A stretch of DNA of 64,000 nt, taken from assembly GCA_000708835.1 (NCBI GenBank), contig DF237039.1, positions 1 to 64,000 on the forward strand. The letters are read 5' to 3'. The translations under genes were made by a program, and so were the position numbers. Origin of the DNA: Klebsormidium nitens. Its lineage: Eukaryota; Plantae; Klebsormidiophyceae. The notes under the pieces are model-generated. The model had not been told where the DNA came from and searched no databases. It was given only the letters and a program-made list of their open reading frames with translations. Below are positions 38,950 to 51,689 of the stretch, one piece after another (the first letter of the stretch is position 1; every line of letters starts with the position of its first letter).

Positions 38950-41195
38950 GAAAAAAACGCACAAGAGCTTTGGTGCACCGACATGGTGTCATCTGCCACG
39001 TCTCAACGTAGCCGATGCAGCAGGGTAGCTTGCTCCCTGCGGGGTTTCCAATGAGGTGGCACTGCGCATCGTTTTGTTGTGTATGGGCTTCTCTACAGAA
39101 TTCGTCTTGGACAAGCTGGGATTGCAAGTCGCTAACTCTAGTCCTCCGCTCGTAACGATCCAGCCAAGCGCAGTCGCTTTGGAGTACAACGTGTGCCCAT
39201 GTGTTGTTCCCCCCGTGTGACGTCTTTCAGAGCTTTGACACACTGACACACAGACCGTTACAAGATTGTCGAGGATGGTTCCAAAGGAAGCGTCTAGAAG
39301 GGCATGCGTGTGTTTCGCCGCCTCCTGAATGGCAGTCGACGGTGACGATCAGTCAGGACGCTCGGCATCAACTTGCTAGCTTTCAAAATTCACACAGGTA
39401 CTGCATTACTGTCGAAACTCAGATGGATGAAATGCAACCTTCTGAGCGGTTTTATGTTGCAAACTAAACAACTGTACATGCTATATAGGGCACGAGATAG
39501 CATGGCACGGCGGCCCGGTGGTTGCACTGCACCCTATAGACGCAACTGTGAACTTAGCTAGTCTAGTTCAACAGGTAGACTGAGACTGGCCGGCAACGCA
39601 TGGGGCTGATCTACCGTTCTATCGATGTTCATAACCCTATGCATGTTAAAAACATGCAAGATTGCCGCGCAATGGCGCGCGGCTTCGACAGTGCGTCACA
39701 GCGCGCTTAGTCGAAAGCTGCACGAAGTATAGACATGAAGCATCATGAATTCGATCATTGGTACTCATGACCAGATTGAAAGGCGGAAATGTACTAGATC
39801 GATATGCTCAATCCCCGTATGTCGAAAGCATATGATCAATTAATATAATCCACATTCTCATGCATCATCCGTTTATTGCATCCGGCGTACTAATGTTACA
39901 TGAGAACAATCAGTCCCTGCTGTCCAAAATCGACAATATGATCTATTAAATGTGCCATATAAAGGCTGCGTCTTCCCATGGGCTCCGCCAATCCCAACGC
40001 GTCAAGTTTGAGGAACACAGTGACGGGGTAAGTTTGGATCGTACTTCAGGTTGGGACTGGCCAGCACATGATGCGCTAGGCTGGTTGCATATCTATCTCC
40101 AACGTGCTCACGACTCAAGCTAGTACTTCCAAGTTTGTTAACATTGTTACTTGAATATCAGTCGGAACGTTCGACTCCTGCCACGACTCATCAGTGGAGT
40201 AGGACAGGTTAAGAACGGCCTACTCTTACAATGTCAATTCACAAGCACATGCAGAATTCTGAAGGCAATATACTGACGGAGCGCTTCGATGAAACAATGA
40301 AAGATCGATGGAGAGTCAGAAGCTTGGATCATATGGTTCAAAAAAGGCCAATATCCACATGGCTGCCGTACATGTCCAAATTTGAAGGTCCAAGTCGGAT
40401 GTCTCATGCTTATTGCTCAAGAGGCAACGTTCTACGCTCGGTTTCTGTGCTCTTTAAAAATGGCGAAACATACAACAAACTCTCACACGCCCACACAACT
40501 GGCGCACTCTACTTGCCTTACAAGATTGTTTCTTTCTAGTTGGCACTTTCAAGTTGCAGACTTCTTTCTTGGGCCGAAGAAGCATTCAAAGGGTTTTGCA
40601 ACAGCTCCTCGGCTTGCTCAGGTCCAAAGGAGACGGTACTTTGGTTCTCGGACTGAAAAACCTGCAAAATACCTCGACTGTAAGTTGATAGTTGAGGAAG
40701 ACAGGAGCATGCGTACTTTCAAAACTTACTTTGTCAGTCAAAGGGAGTGAAGGTATCTTGCGGATCCGCGGCAATTGAATCTTATATCTCGCAGCTTTTA
40801 ACCGGGAAAAGGTACCAGAGGGCCAGTCAAACGATACAATACAGTCAACTAGATACCTGGACGCAAAATTCAGATCCCCATTGCGGAGCTGCTGGTCTTT
40901 TCAATAGTCGGCTGCAAACTGGCGCGGCAAGGGATGATGGACAGGCAGAGAACTCAAGTTCCAGAGCTCTCTCCGTGTTGGACTGGAGGAAATGTTGCGC
41001 CTTCCAATATTTTTTTAATGTATTACGGGCGGAAATGCTGGCGTGGTCTACAGACTGAAAGTCTGCAGCAACACAACACGGTTCTGCCTGCCAGATATTG
41101 TAATGTAAAACGGGCTGGTCATCTCGCACAAGTCAAAATGAGGGAATCTCACCCCCACGGAACACTCTGTCTTTATCCCGCACGGGGCCTGTCCT

Positions 41196-44100
41196 CTAAG
41201 CGTTGTTCAGGTAGCCGCCATAGGCTCCATTGGTACCAATGGGGAGCCCAGACGCCTGCGGAAAACAGGTGCGAAGAAATAGGTTAACATTACACAAGTC
41301 TCTGTGTCGAGCAGTATTGAGGTCCGCAAGCTGACCTCGAGGGACAAGCAGGGTCTCTAGGGCGACGTCCACTCAATCGCCAACGGCCTCAGCCCCTTAA
41401 CACTTAACTCCACGATCGACGCTAACACACTTCGTTCAAGTTCGATACGAGATTTGTGCAAGTAGCTTGCACAGGCAGCTTGCCAGACGTCGGACCGAGA
41501 CCTCCAACAAAACGCGCGCGTTGCGCGGGGCACCTTCTTGGCGGCCGCCATCTGCGCGAGGATGAGGCGCAGCGCGGCGTTGGTGGCGTCCGGCTTCTTA
41601 ACCTCCACGCTCAGGATCTTGTCCTCGATGGTCAGCGTGTGGTACACCCCCGGCGCCGCCAGGTAGCGGCCCCCAGGGATCGGCACGAGCTGGCCCTTGA
41701 GCATCTGCTCGGCCGCGTGCATCTGCGCTTCGCTCACTTTGCCGTTGTTGGTGAACTCGAGCGTATGCTCGGTGCTGACCCCCTGCGGGTTGATGGCCCT
41801 CACACCCATGTTCACGTGGGTCTGCCGGTACTGCAAAGGTGGTGCGAAACGAGGATTGGATTGAATGAGACGGAAAGCAAGCGCAAAGCGTCGAGCATGA
41901 AGGACTGGCGCTGTTCACAACTGAGGTTAGGATTGCCCAGAGATCTTCAATCAAGTAAGGTCTGGCGTGTTTTCAGAACCCAATCATAGGAGACGCCCCG
42001 GCCGTTTAGCGCACTGCCTAAGCAAACGAAGCGGGTGACGGTTTCAATCGCTCCAAGCAGGCAAGAGTGTGTTTTCAATGTATGAAATCACAGCCTGCTC
42101 GAAGGCCAAGATTCAAACGGAGGCACCAGCGCCAGCTCTCCATCATGACCTCTTTGCTACAAAGAATCACCTTCTGAAAGCCTTGATTTCGCTGCACGAG
42201 AAATCGAACTCGCAAAGCGACAGCCCAGAGTGGTTTGCATCCAGCTAAGAGTTGACCCACCTCATCGTCGATCCACTTGATGAGGGCGGCCCCCAGAATC
42301 TTCACGGCGAGCTTTATCACCACGAGCTCAACGATGACGGAAGGCTCCTTCACGTTCAGCGCTGGCTCGTAAGCAAACAGCTCCTCCAGCGTGTTGATCG
42401 CCCCCTGGGGCGGGCGTGCAGCCGCGAGCGCGAGCGGGATGCCCTGCAACACCACCGCCACGGGCGTCCATGTTTTGCTCGTGAAGTCAAAGGCGACGGC
42501 TGACGTGTGGCCGGGCTTGAGGACGATACTTGTGGACGCGGAGACGGAGAGGTCCTTAGCGACGATTCCGTCATTTCCGGTGTACTTCTTGCTGTTGGTG
42601 AAGTACACCTCGACTTCTTCGGCGAAGCTGAAGCCGGCCGTTCCGTTGAGCGGGATGCCCGACGCGATGACGGGGGCCTGCGTCGAAAGAGGGGGTCGAA
42701 GAGTGAGTCTTCCGCTAAAAGAAAGTGGGGAAATGGTCCAACTCTTCAGTGGGCTCGCTTATACGCCTTGTGGGGGCTTGCCACTCAGGGAGTATAATGC
42801 TCGCCAAAAGTTACTTTTTGGAACGAGAAGTGGCGGGGCAGGGCGTCAGAGGGAGCCTTCGAAGCCTCAGAAGCTTCCCTCAAATGAAAGAAAGGAGCGG
42901 GGCACGAGAAGTTTAAATGCCATCGTTCACCTCAATGGGGAAGAGAGAAGGGTCCGTGGGAGGGAGGAGTAATATCAGGAGGAAGGATCCCTGTAGGGTG
43001 AGCCGAACAACATGCAGAAGTCTTATGAAGGGGACCTGACTGTAGCTTAACGATTTCAGAAGTGATCTGCTATACATGCACTATTTCAGAATGTTGAGAA
43101 GTTTGGGTCACAAAGGAGTGCGGGCGTCCATTCATTCTGCCGGGAAGAGCTGGGCCTTTTTCGCGAGCAACCTTTGGCACTTCCTCGGAGCGATTCGAGT
43201 ACCAAAGTGGCCGGCACTCGGAGGCCGAAAGTCTGGGTTGCCTCTTGACGCATGTCTGATATACACCGAAGTCTTGAAATGCGCTTGCCTGAACGAGCTG
43301 TCCGTTCTTGGACACCTTCTGCGCGATGCCGTAGCGGTCGTTGCCGGGGCGCCAATCGTTTTCAATCTCAATGCCGTCGGGGCGGGAGGCGCTGCCAATC
43401 TCCCTGAAAACCCGGTTGTACGAGTACCTGCAAGTGATTACAAGCTTTTGTACCACACTTCCTGTTCTTCGTTTTCGACATCTCCTTATGCAGGATAGGC
43501 CTCTTCCAACCCTCGGCCTCTGATGCGACAAGCCTTATGCTCCGCAAGCATCGAGAATGAAGGAGAGATTCCTGTGGATTCGTTACAGACATCTCCCGAC
43601 TTCCTGAAGCTTGGCAAGGTCCTAGGGCTTATTTTGCCACGAACGAACGTACATGCGGCTTGACTGCTCGAGAAGCGGTACAATAGGGCCACCTCAAAAG
43701 CTGATCGTAGACACAAGAAAACCTTCCATGTATCTCAATTGACAGGGAAATCAGCTGGGCACTTCACAACACTCGTTAGAACCCTCAGCTCCACAATCTC
43801 CCTTACATTCCCGCTAGATTCGTCTTGCGCCAAAACCAAAGCATTTCAAAATGGAGCCAAAAACGGACAATTCCAAACGTTCCAATATATCCACCCCCCA
43901 GTTGTAACAGCAACAAAGGCAAGCACTGTCAACCAGCAGCCCGAGTTGAAAGAGCCAGAGCGTCAGGCCTATTTCGGACGCGCAACGTTCTTCTTGCCAA
44001 ATATAGATCCATCAAGTAGCCAAAGACCAATTGGAACAGAGGCAACAAGTGCAAAGCCTCTTCCTCTTAACGCCCTACTTATCTCGTGCCTGCTGCAGTT

Positions 44101-44463
44101 AAACTAAGACCCCAAGTACCGATCATAATACTAAAGCTACCCAGAAACCAAAGCCCTCGATTGTGTTCAGGGCCCCACTCACTTCCTGCCCATGGTCGCT
44201 TCAGGGGTGTTGCTCCCCTGCATGATGGTGACCCCGTCCTGGGACAGGTCCTGCGTCGTGTAGTACAGGTAGTAGTCCTCGTCCCAGCTCACGGTGATCG
44301 TTCCGCCCAGGATCTCCACGGACAGCCACTGCACCGGAATGGCGACAGCGGAATCGACGCCGCTCTTCTTCATGACGCCCAGCTCGTAGCCGCCGTTCAC
44401 CAGGGTGGTGACGTCAGCATCTTTGGGGATCTGGACCTGGAAGGAGTACTTTGCTGACGCCAT
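41196..44463 (-). CDS. Uncharacterised 397-aa protein, paralogue A of the inverted pair
   Basis: Exons 44463-44183, 43427-43289 (GC donor CAG|gcaagc), 42677-42261, 41830-41534 and 41255-41196. Intact frame. MASAKYSFQVQIPKDADVTTLVNGGYELGVMKK...GAYGGYLNNA*. Confidence 0.9.
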
Positions 44464-46808
44464 GCTTGAGAAGCGCACGGTTAGGAAGCTCGGAACGTCG
44501 GTAGACAGAGAGCTGAGGAGGGAGGAGTGCGGGGGGCTGCTGGACGCTTTCTGGAGGCAAGAGTCTTGTGTTTTGGAAAACGAGAATCTGCCAATGACCG
44601 TAAGGGCTTGCCTTTCTCACCCGAAATCAGCATGCTGGAAAGGAACGAGCGCCCGGCCTGTAGCTATAGCAGGCCTTGCTCAAAGCCGCTGCAGTAGCAC
44701 ATTCTGCTCTTACAGAAGAGCATTATGCGTGATCACTTAGGAAGGTTCTCAGGAACTTTCTGCGCCTGGCTTCGAAGTAAATGCCCAAGGACGCGTACAG
44801 CCCGTGAAGCTATCGGCCAGGCGAGTTGCATCATACACTTGCAACTTATGGAGCCTTATGGAAGCCATCACCGAATATCATCCAATTTTATCCTCTTTCA
44901 CCCCGAGCGATCGATTTTAACCAGCTGAAACCCTCGAATTTCTGTAAGAACTTCAGCTTATACAGCTTACGACGACTTCCACTCAACCAGCCACTACTAT
45001 GTTCCTACAGGTTAATGTACCGGATGTAGGTTCAATTCGGACTTCTAAGTTCCATGCAAACTGGTCGAGACCATAATGAAATGCTACGGTTAATACAGAA
45101 AACGATCACGAGCGTTCCTACCGACTTATGGTATTCTGGGTAAAGTCTGAAAATCTGGTGCTGAGAAACTTACAGGGATCCGGAGGGGGTACCGTACCAG
45201 ATCGAGGCCCCACAAAGTCCTGCAGTTGAGACGCTGACTCCTCAGAGCCTGAATATAGCTCCAGTTTCTTACAGCTTATCATACTATTCAAGAGAATATG
45301 CCATTGTGCTGTCACCGGCACTCACAGAGATTGTAGCACCATGCAGGCACCGCGCGAAGAATGTCCTTGTTGCCGGTAGTATCTACCGGACACAGAGGAC
45401 TTGCATTTCAATCCTGACTGACGGAGCCTGCTGAGACGGACGTCGCACTGGGGGTCGGGACTGCGCATGAGAGATCTCAAAGTCCAGCTGCATGAATGAA
45501 GTTGGAGGCATTGGGTTTACAGATGATGTGAAGGCGGTTGAGACAGGGTTAGCGCGGGTTAAGGTCAGCGGGGATTCAAATTTCAAAGTACAGTACTTGG
45601 GTACCGGTATGTCATGACTTATGACTCAGGATACCGTAACGGTATTACCTGTTTGAATCCTATGTATCGTTCGACGTCGATACTTGAGTCGCCCCTCTTC
45701 CGGACATTAATATGTGTATACCGGTACGCGAATGCATGATGGACATTGAGAATCAAATGCCGTCGTGACAGCGAAGCATTTAGTACTACAGTAACGGAGT
45801 ATCATGCATGGCATACCTACCTACCTTCGTACGGTACACTCTCCCCTACCTACGGTGTTACCGCGCCGGTCCCCGGAGTCCCCAAAACGCGGACAATCAT
45901 CTCCGGCAATTTCCCTGTGTGAATACCCTGGCCGTGGCCGCGACCATACCGGCCTGTATTACCTAATATGAAGCTGGCCGGTCGGTACCACAACTTCAAG
46001 CTCTTCGTCTCTCCTAGGTAGTCGACGGGGCGGCTGATTCCTGAACCTACAGTAGGTCCTACATGCCACATGGCATACGCTCAAGGTGAGACCAGACGAC
46101 CGTCAACAGTCACTCATGTAGCGTACGCGCGCGTGCAGCGTCACTGTGGCAGGTGCCCTGGTCCTGAGCTGGCAGCAATAAATGCTCGCTGCTGGTTGAG
46201 CGCCGTGCATTATACATGTCTACCTCTTTGCTTGTAACCAACAGCAGGGCACTGGTACATACGCAGCGCTGATGGGCTCGGACTTCGGTGCATCATAGAC
46301 GAGTTCCCCTCAAGCTGATCAGTAAATGCTCGAGATCAGTCGTCCTTTGACACGGACGATTTTCAGATACCTGAAAAGCATGACAATTCTGTCTGAGGAG
46401 TGCTTGATGACACAGCCTACAGGTCTCGCAACCTGCAAGTGCTTTAATTCTGTGTTTCAAACTTGGCACCTCGGTGAACTTTGGTGCATGTCTAACCAGG
46501 GTTTCAGCTGGCTAAAATCGATCGCTCGGGGTGAAAGAGGAACAAAAATGGATAATATTCAGTGACCGCTTCCATGAGACTCGAAGTGTACAGGTGTATG
46601 ATGCAACTCGCCTGGCCGATTCCCTCACAGGCTGTACGCGTCTTTGGGCATTTACTTCGAAGCCAGGCGCAGAACGTGCCTGAGAACCTTCCTATTCACG
46701 CATAATGCACTCAGGAGGGATTTCCGAAAGAGCAGATTGTCCTACTGCAGCGTCTTTGAGCAAGGCCTGCGGCAGGCACTCGTTCCCTTTCAGCATGCTG
46801 ATTTTGGG

Positions 46809-46815
46809 TATAAAA
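46809..46815 (+). promoter_or_regulatory. Probable TATA box of paralogue B
   Basis: TATAAAA 165 bp upstream of ATG 46974, followed by a pyrimidine-rich leader. Confidence 0.55.
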
Positions 46816-46973
46816 GGCAAGCCCTTGCCGTGAAACCTTCATTGGCAGATTCTCGCTTTCCAAAACACAAGACCTTTGCCTCCAGAAAGCGTCCAGCAGC
46901 CCCCCCGCACTCCTCCCTCCTCAGCTCCCTCTCCACCAACGTTCTTATCTCCCTCACCTTTCGCTTCTCAAAC

Positions 46974-49900
46974 ATGGCGTCAGCAAAGTACTCCTTCCAG
47001 GTCCAGATCCCCAACGATACTGACATCACCACCCTGGTGAACGGCGGCTACGAGCTGGGCGTCATGAAGAAGAGCGGCGTCGATTCCGCTGTCGCCATTC
47101 CGGTGCAGTGGCTGTCCGTGGAGATCCTGGGCGGAACGATCACCGTGAGCTGGGACGAGGACTACTACCTGTACTACACGACGCAGGACCTGTCCCAGGA
47201 CGGGGTCACCATCATGCAGGGGAGCAACACCCCTGAAGCGACCATGGGCAGGAAGTGAGTGGGAGAAGTCTGAACGAACCCGAGGGGTTCGGCTCTTTGG
47301 GTTACGTTTCATAACCAATGCTTGGGTTCTCAGGCGAACCATAATCAAGTAGGACATCAAGAGGGGCCTTTCGACTGGTCGGGTTTGGCCCTTGTTTGAA
47401 TCACTGATTGGCTTTCTGATGAGTTATTTCAAGCAGGATGAACGTGCGTGGGGGTTCCAGGAAAACTTGATGTTTTGGCCACCTTCATTTCGCCTTCTGA
47501 AGGTGCTTGCCCGTGCTTGCATTTGTTGCTGTATACAAATCTAATAGAGCCTGATCACTTTTGGTTAAGTCAACAGATTTGGGCTCATCCGCTTTGTCTG
47601 TTTGAAATGGTGCTTTCCTTTGGGCACCAGTGAGATGATCTATTACGATCTTAGGCAGAAGGTGAATAGCGCTGAGAGGTTTGGCAAGTCTCATGGTTTG
47701 CAGTTGTTACTCTGTCAGGGCAGGTTTGATTAAAAGGTTAGCTAGAGTCTGTTTGCAGTTTCTGAGGCGGCGCATTCTTTGCCTTCTCAAGCATTGAAGC
47801 TGCACCTTTGCTAGACTAGCGCCCGGATGTAGGTATTGTGATTTCCCAAAACTTGCCATGTTATATCAAGGAAGTCGGAAGACTGAAAAAGGATGAAATC
47901 AAGGGAGACTGAAAAGAGTAGTAAAGCACACAAAGAAATTCCTTCATTCTCGTTGCTTGCAGCAAGCTGAAGGGTGGAAAGATTCTACACCAGAATTCTG
48001 CAGAAAATAAGATCGAAAAGAAGAACCGGGGAATCACATTGGAACGATGTGTGATCGATTTGCAGGTACTCGTACAACCGGGTCTTCACGGACATTGGCA
48101 GCGCCTCCCGCTCCGATGGTATTGAGATTGAGAACGATCTGCGCCCCGGCAGCGACAGCTACGGCATCGCGCAGAAGGTGTCCAAGAACAACGGAAAGAT
48201 CGTTCAGGCAAGTGGAGGTTCCGTGGTTGCTTAGAGGACTGCAGGGTACAAACATTATTACCATAACTCTCTATTACCCTCGCTTCATTTCGCTACCGGT
48301 TCAAGGGAGGACTGATTCTTCTGCTCTTGACGCTCCGACCCACCCCTTCCATTGTCGTTCCAGGGGATTCATTTCGGTTACAATCTTCCTATCTGGGCAG
48401 GCTTCTATCAGAGCGTCCTGCGTAACAAGCGAGCGCACTGAGGAGCTGAACCATTCTCTCCCTCTCTTGAGTGGAATCCAGACTCACTCTTCGACCCCCT
48501 CTTCTGCAGGCCCCCATCATCGCGTCCGGCATCCTTTTTAAGGGCACGGCCGGCTTCAGCTTCGCCGAAGAAGTTGAGGTGTACTTCACCAACAGCAAGA
48601 AGTACACCGGAAATGACGGAATCGTCGCCAAGTACCTCTCCGTCTCCGCGTCCACAAGTATCGTCCTCAAGCCCGGCCACACGTCAGCCGTCGCCTTTGA
48701 CGTCAGCGGCGGAGCCTGGACGAGCGTGGAGCCGATGGTGCAGGGCATCCCGCTCGCGCTCGCGGCTGCACGCCCGCCCCAGGGGGCGATCAACACGCTG
48801 GAGGAGCTGTTTGCTTACGAGCCAGCGCTGAACGTGAAGGAGCCTTCCGTCATCGTTGAGCTCGTGGTGATAAAGCTCGCCGTGAAGATTCTGGGGGCCG
48901 CGCTCGTCAAGTGGATCCACGATAAGGTGGGTTACTGATAGCCAGGATGCTAATCATTCTGAGGTGCTTGCTTTGCGAGGTTCGATTTCCGTCGGAAAGC
49001 TTTCAGAAGGTGATTCTTTGTTGCAAAGAGGTCAAAATGAAGAGCTGGCGCTGGTGCCTCCGTTTGAATCTTGGCCTTCGAGCAGGCTGTGGTTTCATAC
49101 ATTGTAGAACACACTCTTGCATGCTTGGAGCGACTCGATTGTTACCTGCTTCGTTTGCTCAGCGCAGTGCGCTGAACGGCCGGGGCGTGTCCTACAATCC
49201 GGTCCGAAAGCACGCCAGACCTTCTTATTTGAGGATGTCTGAGCAGTCCTGACCTCAGCTGCTAACAGCGCCGGTCCTTTGTGCCAATCAGAGGGGATGT
49301 GGGGTCAAGATTGTCGGCGGCTCGACCCTTTGCGCTTGCTTTCCGTTTCATAGTTGCTCTATCTTTGATCTAATCCTCATTTCGCACCACCCTTTGCAGT
49401 ACCGGCCGACCCACATGAACCTCGGTGTGAGGGCCATCAACCCGCTGGAGTCCAGCACCGAGCACATGCTCGAGTTCACCAACAACGGCAACATAAGCGT
49501 CCCGCAGATGCACGCGGCCGAGCAGAGCCTCAAAGGCCAGCTCGTGCCGATCCCTGGGGGCCGCTACCTGGCGGCGCCGGGGGTGTACCACACGCTGACC
49601 ATCGAGGACAAGATCCTGAGCGTGGAGGTTAAGAAGCCGGACGCCACCGTCGCCGCGCTGCGCCTCATCCTCGCGCAGATGGCGGCCGCCAAGAAGGTGC
49701 GCGCTCTGCGCGCGCGTTTCTTGTGGAGCTCTGGCAACCTGCTTGATTGTTGTTCTGGTCGTCACAAACAGAACGAAGTGGGCATCACCCATCTCGACAG
49801 AAGCGGAATGAGTCCGTTGCAATCGATTGAACCTCGTCCCGGAGACTGTGACTTTTCCTTTACGATCAGTTTGATGTACGTACTATTCATCGTAGCTGGA

Positions 49901-50010
49901 CACAAAATGGTCTTAAAGAAGCTCCTCATGTTACTAAATGCATCTATCTTCTGCAGGCCTCTGGGCTCCCCGTTGGTAACAATGGAGCCTATGGCGGCTA
50001 CCTGAACTAG
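46974..50010 (+). CDS. Uncharacterised 396-aa protein, paralogue B of the inverted pair
   Basis: Exons 46974-47254, 48066-48207 (GC donor CAG|gcaagt), 48510-48926, 49400-49696 and 49957-50010. Same exon structure as paralogue A. MASAKYSFQVQIPNDTDITTLVNGG...GAYGGYLN*. Confidence 0.9.
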
Positions 50011-51689
50011 AAGAGAAGCCCTATACGGAGTAAGACGAAGTGGCCTGGAGGTGAGATTCCTCACACCTTGGCAGTTTGTGTCACATGACCGGCCCCCATC
50101 GATCGGTATCACAATGTTCAGCTCGCACAGAAAACCTCGTTTTCCTTGATTTTGAAATGATCGAACTTCAGGAACTGCAAACTTTCTGGTTATCCCTCAT
50201 CTCATTTCAGAGCCGGCTACTGACTTGAGTACAGCAGTCCATCGTTCTGCCAAATGGTACGGCACTGATTCCTGGGTTGAATTATCAGTGACAGTATTTT
50301 GCTCGTCCAATTGGCCCCTTCCGATGCCTCTTCTCCTGTCAAAAGCTTAGACGTCAAAGACTACGCTACCGCGAGTTGAGTACATTCGTTAGCATTCAAT
50401 AAGAAGAACACATCTTATCCTCACATCGACACTAGCTTCTTATGACTGAGGTCCTTTTGCAGGTCTTTCTATCCAAGGATCAAAGGACCAGGAAGCTCCG
50501 CATGCCGAGGAGCTGCTGTAGACGAGGTGCAGATGCTCAGTCGGCCAAATTTATATTAGTCTAACAACCTGGAGTGCCAATCAAAGAGGAACAGGTTTGT
50601 AGATTCTAAGAGTGGATTTTGTGTGTGAGAGAGATTGTCATTAGACTCGTTTAGTCCGCCCCGATAGAGTGGTACAAACTGCAAAACAGCACCTGTTTCC
50701 GCAGTAGTAGACTCTGACCTGACCAACGTATGTGTGGTATCCTTTGTAGTAGTAGTAGACTAAGCTAAGATAAGGCTTGTTTGTCGTATGTTATAAGAGT
50801 GGTGATATGCGAGTGCATGTAGAGTCATATTGGAGAACAATCCGCCTCAGAATAGAACTCGAGACTTATCCCAAATGAGCACCTTTCCGCAGTATAGTGG
50901 ACATTCGGACTTTACCACGTTGAACTTGGACATATGTATGTACAGTTCAATCCCTTAGGTTTCTTGAACTTCTGGCTGAGTTTTCAATCACATATATCAG
51001 ACAGCTAGTACTTCGACCATTCCGACGATCATACATGTCTCCTTAGCCGGGTACCGCGGCGGCCTTCATCGGGCCGGCCACCGGTATAGTCAACGTCTCT
51101 GGAATGCGGTAATTCCATCTCTTGTGAATACATGATGTGAGTACGTCCCGATCGGCGATCTGGAACATATTTTTGAAACGTGCACCCGCACAATCGCAGA
51201 AATGATGAACAATCAGTAGGAGGTGTGAAACCCTCTCCTCTTCGAGATTCTATAACTGACTCCGGGTAGAAGCCTATAAGTGGGCCGGACACAACAAAAG
51301 GAAAACGAGCCTATATCGTTCATGTACGTAAAGTTGCAGTGGTGAACCATGCAGGCGCGCATGTTACTCACTATATGACTAATGCACTAAGCCAGCATTC
51401 CTTGCCAGGTCAGTCGCTGAAGATGATTGCGCATCATAAACTATCCCTTGCATCTATTGTACTTGTGAATCCGATCTGTAACAGAACTTCAAAGTTGCCG
51501 CCCATCCGAGCAAAGAAGTTGGGGTACATGTAGAGGTCCTTAAGGATAGTTAGCACTGTAACATGCGAGTAGAAGAATCACCAAACGCGAACCAGCAATG
51601 CATACTCTGACTGTCAACACGTATCTCTTCAACTTCCATTCATCCATAGTCTTGACTGTCCTCAACTTTTTAGAATCGCGACGACGTGG

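Larger units (their letters stand above)
41050..50120. repeat. Large inverted duplication: arms ~41050-44935 and ~46500-50120, unique spacer ~1.55 kb
   Basis: Homology covers all exons, intron 3, about 470 bp upstream of each ATG (e.g. ccccgagcgatcgattttaaccagctgaaacc vs ggtttcagctggctaaaatcgatcgctcgggg) and weakly the 3' UTRs. Outer boundaries are approximate. Confidence 0.9.

Noticed and set aside
40231-41058. Cluster of ~100-120-aa ORFs downstream of paralogue A
   Set aside because: No coherent exon chain or homology recognised.
50687-50900. Repeated agcacc(tg)tttccgcagta motif
   Set aside because: Only two short imperfect copies, with no element boundaries definable.
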